Shown piece after piece: positions 1-12,502 of a DNA stretch of 64,000 nucleotides. This DNA is from Octopus sinensis. Taxonomy: Eukaryota. A model generated the notes under the pieces. It saw nothing but the letters and a program-made list of their open reading frames with translations, did no database searches and was not told where the DNA came from. Positions within the stretch are counted from its first letter, which is position 1. Every line of letters starts with the position of its first letter. The position numbers and the translations under genes were made by a program. The stretch covers positions 19,034,001 through 19,098,000 of the forward strand of contig NC_043013.1 of assembly GCF_006345805.1 (NCBI RefSeq). The letters run 5' to 3'.

Positions 1-129
1 TTTCCTCTACAACTTTTATTTATCGTCTTTTTAGATTTGAATTTCAGACATATGACGGTGGAGGGTCAAGTAGAAAAAAAAGATGAATACTGCTGTTCTT
101 CAGTTTCACTCAAGAGTCCAAACTTGCTA

Positions 130-722
130 AGTCTCTTGAGACATTTGTACTGTGTACACAAAAAAACGCTTTCACTTAAAATAATGCAATGAAACGATTC
201 TCTCGCTTCAAGGACGGGAAATTCTACCTCACAAACTCTTTGTGTTCCGAAAGGCACGTGCAGTTCCATGGAGATCAATTAAACGAGCTCATCCACGAGG
301 GTCCGCACCAATCTACGTGGGTATTGATCCAGCACGTGGGAGGATTTCCTGATCTTGTCGCCTGTCAGCTTCTGTCGGTGAGTAGGATCCTAAAAGTCGG
401 TGTATGAGTTTCACGCTCTGAATGAAAGAGACAAACTAGAGCACGTCTCTATTGTCGCCAGTTTGCTTGTTCAATAACGGTCAACTCATTAACACAAACA
501 CAGATTTCTTTGCCGCAATGTCACCAGTGATGATAAAATGGCGTTTTTATGTGAATATAAAGTGGAGGAAAGAATGGCTGAATCCTGATAAGAAAGCTAC
601 ATCTCGAGCCAAGTCAGAGCTGCACCCACACAAGATAATAATCAGCATTTGGAGAGATGGGGAAGGGCTACTGCACTACAAAATGCTTGGAAACAACTAC
701 ATGATCAACGTAGGAATCCAGC
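130..722 (+). mobile_element. Decayed mariner (Mos1/SETMAR-like) transposase fragment
   Basis: Frameshifted peptides RFSRFKDGKFYL...LIHEGPHQST (HTH region) and IKWRFYVNIKWRKEWL...KSELHPHKIIISIWRDGEGLLHYKML match the mariner DD34D N-terminal catalytic region. A SINE interrupts it at 723. Confidence 0.8.
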
Positions 723-1054
723 GGTGAGGGCGCGTGGCTTAGTGGTTAGGGCATTCGGCTCATGATCGTAAGGTTGTGAGTTCGATTCCCGGCGACGCGT
801 TGTGTCCTTGAGCAAGACACTTTATTTCACGTTGCTCCAGTCCACTCAGCTGGCAAAAATGAGTAGTACTTGTATTTCAAAGGGTCATCCTTGTCACTCT
901 CTGTGTCACGCTGATTATCCCCGAGAACTACGTTAAGGGTACACATGTCTGTGGAATGCTCAGCCATTTGCACGTTAATTTCACGAGCAAGCTGTTCCGT
1001 TGATCGTATCAGCTGGGACCCTCGTCGTCGTAACCGGCGGAAACTTTTTTTTTT
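723..1054 (+). mobile_element. tRNA-derived SINE (family A), full length with TSD
   Basis: A-box TGGCTTAGTGG, B-box GTTCGATTC and a T-run 3' end. The 12-bp TSD TAGGAATCCAGC is at 711-722 and 1055-1066. The 3' half is shared with 9522-9915. Confidence 0.9.
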
Positions 1055-1139
1055 TAGGAATCCAGCTGAAGCGACCTCACTGGTGGAAGGATGCGCTTCT
1101 TTAGAACGACAACACTCAGTCCTTCGTTGATACAGTTCT

Positions 1140-2000
1140 TTCATTGATGTGGCAGTGTTTGGATCGTATTGGTGAAGAGGTTTTCATCCTGTCGGTAAAA
1201 ACATTCATCAACAGCATATATGACGTCATTACTGCGACACTAGTTCCCAGTCAAGTTTTTTTTCTTATTGGCTAACAGATGATAATCAAATGGGGCCAAA
1301 TCAGGGGAATAGGGAGACTGTGGAACCAGTTCAAAAGTCATAGTCATGCAAGGACTTATATACTGGAGCACTGTTCTGAAAAATCAAAATCCCATTTCAC
1401 AGTTTTCCTGGGCGTTTGGTGTTGATAGCTTTTAATAACTAACTCAGCATTTTGGCAATGTAATATCCACTGAAAATATACAAAATTGATTTTTGCTTCC
1501 CACAAAAACTGAGGCCACTACCTTCGCTTCAGCTGAAACGACCGTGCCCTTCATGGGAGCAGGTGAGTAGGGGTGTTTCGTTGCCGTTGCATATATTGTC
1601 TTTTTTCTCTGGTTCAAAGCATGGAACCCATTTTGATGATGTGTCAGAAGATGTGGCACCTACCGTGCAGAAACATTCATCATGCCAAGTTCTTTGCGCA
1701 GGATATTCTCAACTCTTTCATAGGATATGCAATAGCAATGGCTATTTGATTCATAGTCGATAGCTTGCCATCCATCTGCATATGGTGAACACGAATAATG
1801 TTTTCCTTGCTGGTGGGAGTTGTAGGACATCAAGACTGCAGGTAATTTTCAAGACTTTCTCCTTTGTCTCCTAAATTCAGCTGCTCAGTTTTGCACTGTT
1901 TATGAAGCTGGAATGTCATCCCCAAATATAGCAAGCATATCAGCATGAAAGTGCATTGGGGGGCATAAACCCTTTCTCTGCAGCTACTTGATAACACTAC
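1140..2000 (-). mobile_element. Second decayed mariner transposase
   Basis: The minus strand reads PQSPYSPDLAPFDYHLL (YSPDLAP motif, ~1270-1323) and (W>*)VPHLLT (~1645-1663). Boundaries are approximate. Confidence 0.8.
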
Positions 2001-2197
2001 AATGCTATTTTTTCCCTTTTCAAACGAAGTCGCTACCATTTACATTTGGAATCTTCTTTGAACACTCAGATATCAGTTTACCTGGAAAGAAACAATGCAA
2101 CCATTAATAAGAGGGTTTAAAAATTAATGCATACGACATGTTATGGTACTAGTATAACTTTTTCATAGTCAACCTATGAACTTTTAAGCTCACCTTC

Positions 2198-2229
<32 letters not shown>

Positions 2230-2351
2230 TACACAGGTGCTTATAATTATCAAGTACTCACCCCGAATTTCTATACTCAACTCACCTACGTTGTCACTAG
2301 GATCTGATCCCACGTAACCGCGACAACCTTTAGTACTTGACGAACCCAAGC

Positions 2352-4858
2352 ATGAAGATTCAAAGGATTCACACAAACTTCTCCCCCAAGGACATACCTC
2401 TCCACTCCGACAAAACTTACACGACGACTCTCATCCACCGGACCACAGACTTTATTAGAAGAATCAGGTGGGCGGCCTACCATTTCGATAACCCGGAGAA
2501 AAGCAACCCCAACTCTAACCAAGAAGAAATAGTACACAGGAAGATATTTAAAAGCAGAAGAAACCCACCCTCTAACTACGCACTGGAAAATTTTGAAAGA
2601 GACTTAATCGACCTCATTACCAACATCAACATTAGTAAACATAAGACCATTCCCAACACCCACTTAAGGAGCCTTAAAGATTTCCTGCATTCACTTAGGA
2701 ACGATGATAGTCTTATCATACCCGCCGACAAGACTGGGAACTGGTATAGGCTAGACTACCAAACCTACAAATCGCTCATCATGAGGGAACTTAGCAAAAA
2801 ATATAAAACTACTTCTACGGATAACCTTAAGGAAATTAACTACAAAATCAAGGAAGTTATGAGCAAATTAGACCTCCTAGACAGAACAGAACCTATTAAA
2901 CCACAAGTACCCAAAATTACTATTAAAGACCATAAGAAAGACTTCCCAGATAATGTAGGAGTACGATTAATCTGTCCGACTAAATCGGATATCGGCAGAC
3001 TTAGCAAGACTATCCTGGACAAGGTGATCCCACACATCAAACCCCACATCCCACTCCAACTATGGATTAACACCGACGATGTGCTAGAATGGTTTAACAC
3101 TATCACCAATAGGCCCGACTACTCATTCATCCAATTCGACATAGCTAGCTACTACGCCAGTATATCCCCCATCTTACTTAACAAATCCCTTATATTTGCC
3201 CGCAACCTTTCACTCATAGACAGAGAAAAATTGACATAATACTATTAGCTAGAAAAACCATAATAGAATTCGACGGTAGACTCTGGACCAGATCCGATAC
3301 CCCCGACAATTTTGATGTGGCTATGGGCTCGAGCGATTCAGCTCAGGTGACTGACTTGGTCGGGGCCTACCTGCTCAAGAAGCTTTTCTCCGAGGTACCG
3401 GATCTTCAGGGGGGTCTATACAGAGACGACGCTCTCTTCATATACCCCACCAACAATAGGAGTAAACTAGAAAGAATTAGGAAAAAGATCAGGCTTTTTT
3501 TCAAATCCTTCAATCTTAAACTAGAATTTATGACCAATACTAAAATAGTAAACTTCTTAAATGTTACGTTAGACCTGAATAAGCACCTTCACCACCCATA
3601 TAGGAAACCCGAAGAAACTACCAAATACATCCATACCTCTTCCAACCATCCACCCTGTATAATTAGCACCACGGTCCAAGCCATCTCAGACAGACTGACA
3701 AAACTATCCTCTAATAGAGAAATTTTCAATAATCACGCACAACACTACAACCAGGCTCTCTATAGTGCCGGGTATAACCAGAGAATATCATATGTAGACC
3801 ACCCGGGAGCGTCCGTCTGCCATAAAACTCCCAATTATAATCGAACTCAGCATTCAACTCACTCTAGCGATAATTCTAATTTAAACTCCAAACAACGTAT
3901 AGGAAATAGGCGAACTAATAGAATAGCACACAATAGTAACCCTCCCGACGAGAACAATATAGATCCTATTAGGAGCAATAGAAGGGATAATAGATTACGC
4001 AAATACATATGGTTCAACTTACCTTACAACTTAGCAGTTAGGGGTAAGTTATGTAAGAGAATATTCTCTATCATTTCCAACAACTTCCCACCCACCCACA
4101 AGTATAGAAGTATCTTCTCCAACAAAACCATTAGGATTTCCTACTCTACCCTGCCCAACATGAGCTGCCTCATAGCTAAACATAACTATATTAATATTAG
4201 AACAGCTAGATCAAGAGCAAACCATAGCGACCAACAGAACCCCCCTCATCTAGACAGTAGACAATATAACCAGACTGGCAGCCATACTACCCAAACAGTT
4301 AGTAATAACTCCCGCCAACACAACAGAGGAAATACTACACCCATCAACAACCAGGAGGATATCAACGCCCCCACTCGTATTGCAACACCTCCGCCTGGGA
4401 TTAGCAGCACACGACCGAATAATGCAATGCAATGCAACTGCAGATGTGCATCAGAGTGCCCGCTGCAGGGCGCATGTAGGGCGAAAAACGTAATATATTC
4501 ATGTGAGGTGAGTACCCAGTTTAACACACTCACCTATATTGGTTGCTCAACCTCCTGGAAATCCAGATACTACAACCACCGGTCCTCGCTGAGACACAGA
4601 CATAAGGCTAACAGCACCTCCCTTTCTAAAAGAATTTAGGAATTAAAAGACAAATGTATAGGCTTCAAACTCAGATGGTCCATCATCGGATCAGCTGCAC
4701 CTTATTTAAATAATAGAGCAGGATGCCAACTATGTTGTGTAGAACTCCTGAACATCTTGAAATTCAAAGACAAACACAATCTTATTAACAAAAGGTCAGA
4801 GTTCAAACCATCCTGTATACACAAACTTATTAATACTTTCAAATACTACAAAGCTTAG
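2352..4858 (+). pseudogene. PLE ORF (reverse transcriptase + GIY-YIG endonuclease), ~835 aa when repaired; 1 frameshift and 1 in-frame stop
   Basis: Motifs: IIPADKTGN, RLICP, FDIASYYASI, MGSSDSAQV, GLYRDD, VNFLNVTLDL, YRKP, SNHPP, CNCRCASECPLQGAC, NVIY...YIG...RYYNH, CQLC...E, LINKRSE..CIH. The frameshift is in an A-run at ~3226-3231. TAG at 4637-4639 sits at a usual Trp position, and the frame continues to TAG 4856-4858. Confidence 0.92.
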
Positions 4859-6677
4859 GTTTTATACCAACTCCCCCATGCAATTTCCTCCCACCCGGTG
4901 CAACCTGTCGGCTCCAGCACATCCCGCTTTCCTATATGTGCGTGTATATGCGTATGCGTGTGTGTATGTATATGTATGCGCACATATGTGTACGTATATG
5001 TACATATATATATATATATATATATGTGTGCGTGTGTGTGTGTGTGTGTGTGGGTGTGTGTATGTGCATATATGTTTCCCTGCATTTTCCTCCTATATAT
5101 ACAAATTTTGTCTCTCATACATGACTTCTTTTCCCTAAATATTTCTTCTCCTACACCCATATCCTTCCTATATAGTCTCTTTACTTCCCTATATCTATAC
5201 CCTTTCACATTTCTAACTCGGATGTTGAACGCACACCGCCAAACTCCACTTCCCACCCTTCCAATTTTTCAGTTCCCCCCGCCCGCCCCTACGTGGACAC
5301 TTTTAACACACACCTCTAACTTTCAACCACCTTCATCTCATGTTAAATTATATTTTTATCTTATTTTATTTTATTTTATTTTTACTCTTATTCTACTTCC
5401 ATTTATTCTCATTTTCATTTTCATCCCTTACCTTAACTCTTATAATTTTTATAACTTTTATATTTCATTTCTAACTATTACATTGTATTTCTTATTTTAT
5501 ACTGTATTTCTTACTTTTATTTCTAATTTTTACCCTTACCCTCATTCTTACCCCTAACTTATCGCTTTACATCTCTATATATGTTTATTTACTTACCTAT
5601 AGATCCACTTTTGACTATGCAAGCGTCCGTGTACGTATGTATACGCATACATACATAGACGCGCGCATATATGTACATGCATATTTTGATATCTTATAGC
5701 TATACCCATATGTCTCTGTGTGTGTGTGTAGGTGTATGTGTGCACGCACATACGTACACACAGCCGTGTGTGCGTGCACGCATAGACGTGATTCCTTTAA
5801 TATCTTATATCTAGACCTGGAAGCGTGAGCATATGCGTGTGTGTATGTAGTGATGAGCGCGCGTATGTACATGTGAGTGTGTACACGTATAGTGTCCGTG
5901 TATACATGCGGATATTCTGTTGTATGTATGTATGTGTACGCACGTGCGTGTGGGTGTGTGTGTGTTTATATGCATGTTTACACGCGAGTGCGTGTGTATG
6001 CTTATAGGCTTGGAGGCGTATATGTACGCGTGTATATGGGTGTGTGTATCCATGTTGGTATGTATGTACTAGAAGTCCAAATAATTCAAGGAACCAGATT
6101 AAACGCTCAACAGCTCTGATTTACAACGCATTAGGTCCCCAGACGAAACTGTTGATTTACTGACAATTCTACAACTAAATTTTATCAATCTCCTGACCAC
6201 CATGCTTGGTCCTTAACCTCTATACATCCCTTATCTTTATATTTTTTTATATTTTGTTACATTTTTATCATGTTTTTTTACTTTTATTTTTATTTCTATT
6301 TCTATTTTTACTTTATAACCTTATGCCTTTACATTTATTTATATTCTTTATATTCTTTATATTCTTTATACCCCCTTTACATCTCCTTATATCTCTTTAT
6401 ATCTTTATGCTCTACATTTTTATATTTTTCTATACTTACACTTTTTATACATTTTTATCCCTCGTCCTGAATTCTCGCCCATCTTCACGTATATACATGT
6501 ATTTATTTATTTACATTACTTCAACATCCATTTTTCCTCATCCTACATTGAGAGAAGAAAGAGATGGACGCTTCAATTCTATGCTGCTGCCGCATTATGT
6601 CGTACGCGAATGGGAGGATTTGCATCCCCAACCAAGAATTTCTGATGTAACACATGTCCTTGTGGAAGCTGTTGTGC

Positions 6678-6755
6678 GCGGCTGAAGAAGGCCACAGACA
6701 TACATTATGCATTGTTATAAATCTGTCTAATAAAGGCCCGAAACATATGTACCGC
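6678..6755 (+). ncRNA. Type I hammerhead ribozyme motif (PLE-associated)
   Basis: GCGG-CTGAAGA-a-GGCC[AGACA..TGTCT insert]GGCC-c-GAAA-C-ATAT-G-TA-CCGC. Helix I is GCGG/CCGC and helix III is the palindrome ACATATGT. Predicted cleavage is after GUA (6751). Confidence 0.85.
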
Positions 6756-8269
6756 TGAATCCTTGGCCTCATGTTTTTATTTTGATCAATTTACTCCACC
6801 ACCTACACCACCAAACGGTATACACAGGTGCTTATAATTATCAAGTACTCACCCCGAATTTCTATATATATATATATATATATATGCGTGTGTTTTGAAG
6901 AAAGAATCTTCATTTGTACGTCTCTCTTTTGGTCGAGAAAGCGGAATTCGCATACGTTGTTTCCATACGAATATCTCTCTGAACGTCGGCGATTCGTTTG
7001 CCAAAAGGAATCGCAGATTGTTTTTTCCTTTAAATCTTTAAATAAGTTTTGCATGTTCATATTTGCTACTTTACTTTGGAAAAAATGATATTTTCTACTT
7101 TATTTGTAATTATATTAAATACTATATTTTATGGGGCAGTTTTTCTCACTTTGTCTACAGAGTTTTTTTTTTCGTGTATAAAGTCGTTGAATCTTCCTCC
7201 TAGCAACACAAATTTTTCGACAATCATGTATTGTTTCTTAACATTTGTAATTAAGTATGATGTTTCATATGATATTATTTAGAAGTTTTCTGGAACCAGT
7301 GTATGTTTCTCAAAAAACTGCTTGTTCGACTTTAGAAGACTTAGAAACATTTCGGAAAATCATAAAAGTTTATCTGCGTAAGAGGCAAATCTAAATTCCC
7401 GAGATACCTTCTTAGTTTTTCTAGATTCTTAGTTTATTTTCTTTCGTCAAATATCCGCAATATATTAAGCGGACTGGACAGTGCTCTTTATATCTTGAAG
7501 CAAAAGTAAGTTTGTATTACGAAAAAGAAGAGATTAGTTGTACTTTTTTGCTGGCTTCTTTACAACTTCACACATTAACGAATTGTGTTGTTGCAATCAA
7601 AACCTGAAGGAACTATTAATTCCGCATTGTTTTGTTCCGTTTCTGTATTCTTCATCGATAGATGTAACCACTTTTATTCCACGGGGAAATATTTTCACTT
7701 TTGTATAACACAAAAAAGAAACTATTTCGAATTGTAATTTGAAAAATAACTGTGATAACCTGGCACCAGGTATAGCGGGACACGAAACACTACCAATCAT
7801 TAAACGAAGCATTGACAGTAAAATATAGAAACATTTTACAAATCCTTATGTACACCAACGACAAGGATTTTACGATATTAAGCATCAAGATATGTCGTCG
7901 TTCTCAGTGTAAACTGAAATTATGAAACAAAAAGCGAACAAAAACCAAGTTTAGGCTGTGTTCAATTTTTGTTTAATTTTCCTTGTAAACTTCAATTAAC
8001 AAATCACACAAAGTTTAGTATTCATTGTGAAAGTTCTGCGACTCCGAAGGATCTTAACTCAACTTCAGGAGTCGCTAATAATAGGTTACCAACTAAGGGT
8101 GTCAGAGATGAACATCATAATATGGCGACTGTTAGTATAACGTCAGATATGAGAATCACTGTACGTACATTATGGTATATCATCTATGTGAATCATTACA
8201 ATAAATCAGCATCAGTCTGATATGCTGCCACTGTGCTCTTACTCTATTGTAGCGTCTGATATATCAGTG

Positions 8270-8693
8270 GTTATTTCTTCTGCCGTTACGTTCTGAGTTC
8301 AAATTCTGCCGAGGTCGACTTTGCTCTTCATCCATTCGGGGTCGATAAATTAAGTACCAGTTACGAACTGGGGTCGATATAATCAACTTAATCCCTTTGT
8401 CTGTCCTTGTTTCTCCTCTCTGTGTTTAGCCCCTTGTGGGTAGTAAAGAAATATATATATAAAGGCGGTGGGCTGGTAGAATTGTTAGCACGCCGGGCGA
8501 AATGCTTAGCGGCATTTCGTCTGCCGTTACGTTCTGAGTTCAAATTCCGCCGAGGTTGACTTTGCCTTTCATCCTCTCGGGGTCGATAAAGTAAGTACCA
8601 GTTACGTACTGGGGTCGATGTAATCGACTTAATCTCTTTGTCTGTCCTTGTTTGACCCCTCTATGTTTAGCCCTTTGTGGGTAGTAAAGAAAT
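8270..8693 (+). mobile_element. Two tandem copies of the most abundant SINE (family B)
   Basis: Head GGCGGTGGGCTGGTAGAATTGTTAGC, B-box-like GAGTTCAAATTC and core GTCGACTTTGCCTTTCATCCTTTCGGGGTCGATAAA. There are more than 25 copies in the window. Confidence 0.88.
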
Positions 8694-9521
8694 ATATATC
8701 AGTCGTTATAGCAACACTTTAGCATGGCGTCTGATAGTCAATCACTGTGGTAATACAGTAATAAATCGTATTATATATTAGTCAGTATAGTAATACTGTA
8801 GTATGGCGGCTGGCAGGTGAAACATTGTAGCTATGCGTATCCTAATGTCTGATAGGTGTAATATTATGGCTGTGAAACGGAAGGAAGCGAGGGACTTTAT
8901 AAAAGAATGATTGTATTTGTGTGTTTGGTGTGTAGACATAAGAACAACTTGAAAGAAATTGAGAAACGTTGAAGTGGCAGTAAATGTTGTGTAGACGAAG
9001 ATAGAAAGACTGGTTAGAGCGCGAGTGCTTTCAGTGGTGTGTTTATGGCGTGTGCTTGGATGTGCGCATTTTTAAGCGATCATTTATGCTAGCCCATAGC
9101 TTGTACAGACACTTCAGTTTCTCTATTCCCTCCCTCCCTCCTCTTCTCTCTTTCTGTCTGCTTTTGTCTGTCTGTCTGTCTGTCTCTCGCTCTTTGTGTC
9201 ACTTTTTATCTCTCTGACACTTTCTCTCTCTCTCTCCTTGTGTCGGACGTGAAATCAGGTCACATTCTTGACAATGTATCAAATCTGGCTCCAACAACCC
9301 TCTATATGGAACAGGGGTATATCAATGAGATTATCCGTTAGATAATCCCTGAAATTCCCCTCCTTGTTACAAGAAGTAATTATCAAGAACTATTCATTGT
9401 AAGATTTGTCTTATTTCAAGTGAGTCTGTAATACAGGTTCAAACTCTGAGCTATCCCTTATCATACTTCTCACTCACACGCATCGTTATCAATTGTTTCT
9501 ACAAGAGTTAGTAAGTTTTCA

Positions 9522-9915
9522 GTGGAGGCGCAATGGCCCAGTGCTCAGGGCAGCGGACTCGCGGTCGTAGGATCGCGGTTTTGATTCCCAGGACGGGCGT
9601 TGTGAGTGTTTATTGAGCGAAAACACCTAAAAGCTCCACGAGGCTCCGGCAGGGGATGGTGGTGATCCCTGCTGTACTCTTTCACCACAACTTTCTCTCA
9701 CTCTTACTTCCTGTTTCTGTTGTACCTGTATTTCAAGGGGCCGGCCTTGTCACTCTCTGTGTCACGCTGAATATCCCCGAGAACTACGTTAAGTTTGCAC
9801 GTGTCTGTGGAGTGCTCAGCCACTTACACGTTAATTTCACGAGCAGGCTGTTCCGTTGATTCGGATCAACCAGAACCCTCATCGTCGTTACCGACGGAGT
9901 GCTTCCATCCCATCC
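9522..9915 (+). mobile_element. tRNA-derived SINE (family A variant) with TSD
   Basis: Head GGAGGCGCAATGGCCCAGTG. The TSD AGTAAGTTTTCA is at 9510-9521 and 9916-9927. The 3' half matches 723-1054. Confidence 0.9.
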
Positions 9916-11065
9916 AGTAAGTTTTCAATTCCAAGGCTACTATTCAGCCTCTTAACATTTAATATGCTCTGCAAATAACTTGCTTAGTAACCGCTATGGC
10001 TCATTCAGCCTGTTAACCATAGCAACCAAATTTCTTTCAAAAATAAAGCTACGGCTTTACGCAAAGGACACACCGTTCATTTACAAAATGGAAAGATGAT
10101 CAAGGTAGGCACACCAACAGCAAGAGCAATGAGAACGACGACAGAAAATGGGTAATAACCATTGAACGAGCATCGACATGGACAACCATCCTGCTAGAAA
10201 TAGTAGCCAAATCTCTCTCAAATTGCACTTCAAGACAAACTGAATAACGTGGTTTAGGGTGTATCGTGCCATCAAAGGACGAATGGACATGTCTGGAATG
10301 CTTTGATCATAGGTCTCCTTCAAGAGGGATAACATAGAGCTGAACACGAACAATAACAGGGAGACCTCAGTACGTGAGAGCCCGATTTGTTAGAAATAGC
10401 AGCCATATACTTTCAAATCACGTTCCCTCTAAAAGAAGGGAATGAAACTTTCGACAATGTAGATGATAGTATAGACATGGATGGAACGTCTCCGACCATA
10501 GGTGAGCTCGAACAGGGTTGACTTGAGGTTAAACAACAATAATAGAACTCAGGGAACTGATTCAAATGGAAATCGAACCTATAGTTTAAGCACGCCTACC
10601 TTATCCGTGAGCACAACATTTATACCAATTAACTTTTACATACGTACATTTGGCTGGGGGCTCTACAAATAAATAAATAAGATAAATATTTAAATATATA
10701 AATAAACGTAACTTAGGGGCTTAATTTTTAACTGAGAATATCTGTTTCTGACGTCTTTGGATTGGACTCAAATGTTTCATACATTTTGAAGTGATGATGG
10801 GATAATTGTAAGAGTACAGTAACACGTTCGTATTTTTCCAAGGATCATATGAAGAGAATATTAAAAACTTGGCTACAAACTAATACGCGAGATCACAATG
10901 TTTTAATGTAGCGTCGCAGTTTCTTTCAATGAAGGTGACTGAGTACCAAAGTCGTTAGAGGGTCAATGGAATGGAGAGCGATAATTATTCTGGCTAAAAT
11001 CTGCCCGGGGTCAACTTTGCCATTTTGTCATTAGGAACCAGAGCCAGCACAGCTCCATTTCTCAG

Positions 11066-11280
11066 AACCGTTAGCACGCCGGGCGAAATGCGTAGCCGTA
11101 TTTCGACTGCCGTTACGTTCTGAGTTCAAATTCCGCTGAGGTCGACTTTGCCTTTCATCTTTTCGGGGACGATAAATTAAGTACCAGTTACGCACTGGGG
11201 TTGATGTAATTGACTTCATTCGTTTGTCTGTTCTTGTTTGTTTCCTCTATGTTTAGCCCCTTGTGGGTAATAAAGAAACA
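11066..11280 (+). mobile_element. SINE family B
   Basis: Matches the family B consensus along its length. Confidence 0.85.
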
Positions 11281-11656
11281 TTTCTTTCCGTCACAACCAG
11301 GATGTTTCGCTGGGTCAACACCTCAGTAAATCTGCGTTTACTCGCGACTACAAGGACACCCAAAGCAATTAGCGGAAATATGGTACAGACTAGCATATTA
11401 TCTTCAGTCGGCGATCGTAGTTTGCATTTCACTTCGTCACTACGTCACATGTTTTCTGTTATTTCCTTTTTTGGTATAACACACATTAAAGATTATTATA
11501 TTTCGTTGTTGGATTTGGTTTGCAAGATTCTTTATATGAGTTCGTGTGTTGAAGCATATTCTGTTGTGTCTGGGGAGAGTCATTTTCTTTTTGTGCCTTA
11601 TTATGTAACACACTCACCGGCAAAATTTCCACTTTTTTCTTATTTTTTTTTATTGT

Positions 11657-11694
11657 CCTAAAATTTTCGTTGCGTCTTGCAACCTTTTCAATAG
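11657..11694 (-). ncRNA. Mirror copy of the U3-A8 minimal hammerhead-like motif
   Basis: Reverse complement of 11705-11742 in the left arm of the fold-back, with a 3-bp helix I. Confidence 0.55.
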
Positions 11695-11703
11695 TTTTGA
11701 CTC

Positions 11704-11742
11704 TCTATTGAAAAGGTTGCAAGACGCAACGAAAATTTTAGG
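11704..11742 (+). ncRNA. Minimal hammerhead-like motif, U3-A8 core variant
   Basis: TCTA-TTGAAAA-g-GTTGC-aagac-GCAAC-GAAA-A-T-T-T-TAGG. The geometry is the same as the other minimal HHRs here, with palindromic AATT as helix III. Confidence 0.6.
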
Positions 11743-12428
11743 ACAATAAAAAAATAAGAAAAAAGTGGAAATTTTACCGGTGAGTATGTTAAATAATAAG
11801 GCACAAAAAGAAAATGACTCTCCCCAGACACAACACATTAAAGAAACACATTTAAACTCATATCTTATTCAGTTTGATACCAGAGTCTATAAAATACAGT
11901 AAAGTATTAAATATTCTATTTTCACTCATTTTAGTTCGGCTGCTTCCTGAAACAAAGTAGTCACCTCAATGTTGCCGTCAGAGGGCGCATTCGGTTCGAA
12001 ATAGAATCCACGTTTCCTATAAATCACACTATATATTCTGAAAAGGAAGGATGCTTTGAATATGGTTATCTTAAACTACACTAATCCATGACAAGTTAAC
12101 CAGCGTTTGTTTCAATGTAATAATACTTAAGAGTTAATTTAGAGTAATTAACTTGAAAATTCGTGCTTAATTAAACGATTAATTGTAAACGTCGTTCTCT
12201 TTGTTTTGTTTATAGTGTTTCTTTGTAGACGGAGAATGGTCGGTCTAACCGAATTCAAAGCCTTGAAAATCTCTCCTAGAAATGTGCATCCGTATGTAAC
12301 TGTCTACAATGAGTGTCGTTGTTCTTATAGCTTCTAAAGTTAAAGATCTCACTAAACTTGGGAATCTGGTTTGCATAAATAAGGAATTATTTGCGATTCA
12401 TTCCCTTAATAAATTACAGGTTACACCA

Positions 12429-12502
12429 TGTCCGGATAAATAAAAGTGTCTGGATAAATAAAAGTGTTCGGATAAATAAAAGTGTCTGGATAAATAAAAG
12501 TG
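12429..12502. repeat. 18-bp minisatellite x4
   Basis: TGTYYGGATAAATAAAAG repeated four times in tandem. Confidence 0.92.

Larger units (their letters stand above)
2230..6866 (+). mobile_element. Near full-length Penelope-like retroelement (C-terminal GIY-YIG type) inserted in (TA)n
   Basis: Contains an RT+EN ORF, a 46-bp perfect terminal direct repeat (2230-2275 = 6821-6866), (TA)n on both flanks, and an HHR in the 3' terminal region. Confidence 0.93.
11493..11835. mobile_element. Fold-back element with ~130-bp inverted arms (probable PLE terminus with inversion)
   Basis: Arms 11562-11694 and 11705-11835 are near-perfect reverse complements with a 10-nt spacer. The flanking direct repeat ACACATTAAAGA is at 11481-11492 and 11833-11844. 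Confidence 0.8.

Noticed and set aside
724-800. tRNA gene
   Set aside because: A and B boxes are present, but the sequence continues into a SINE body with a TSD and has no proper acceptor stem.
4855-6685. Many 60-220 aa ORFs
   Set aside because: Translations of TG/TA and T-rich tracts in the PLE 3' region.
6890-7900. Possible decayed DNA-transposon coding sequence
   Set aside because: The composition looks coding-like, but no motif could be identified with confidence.
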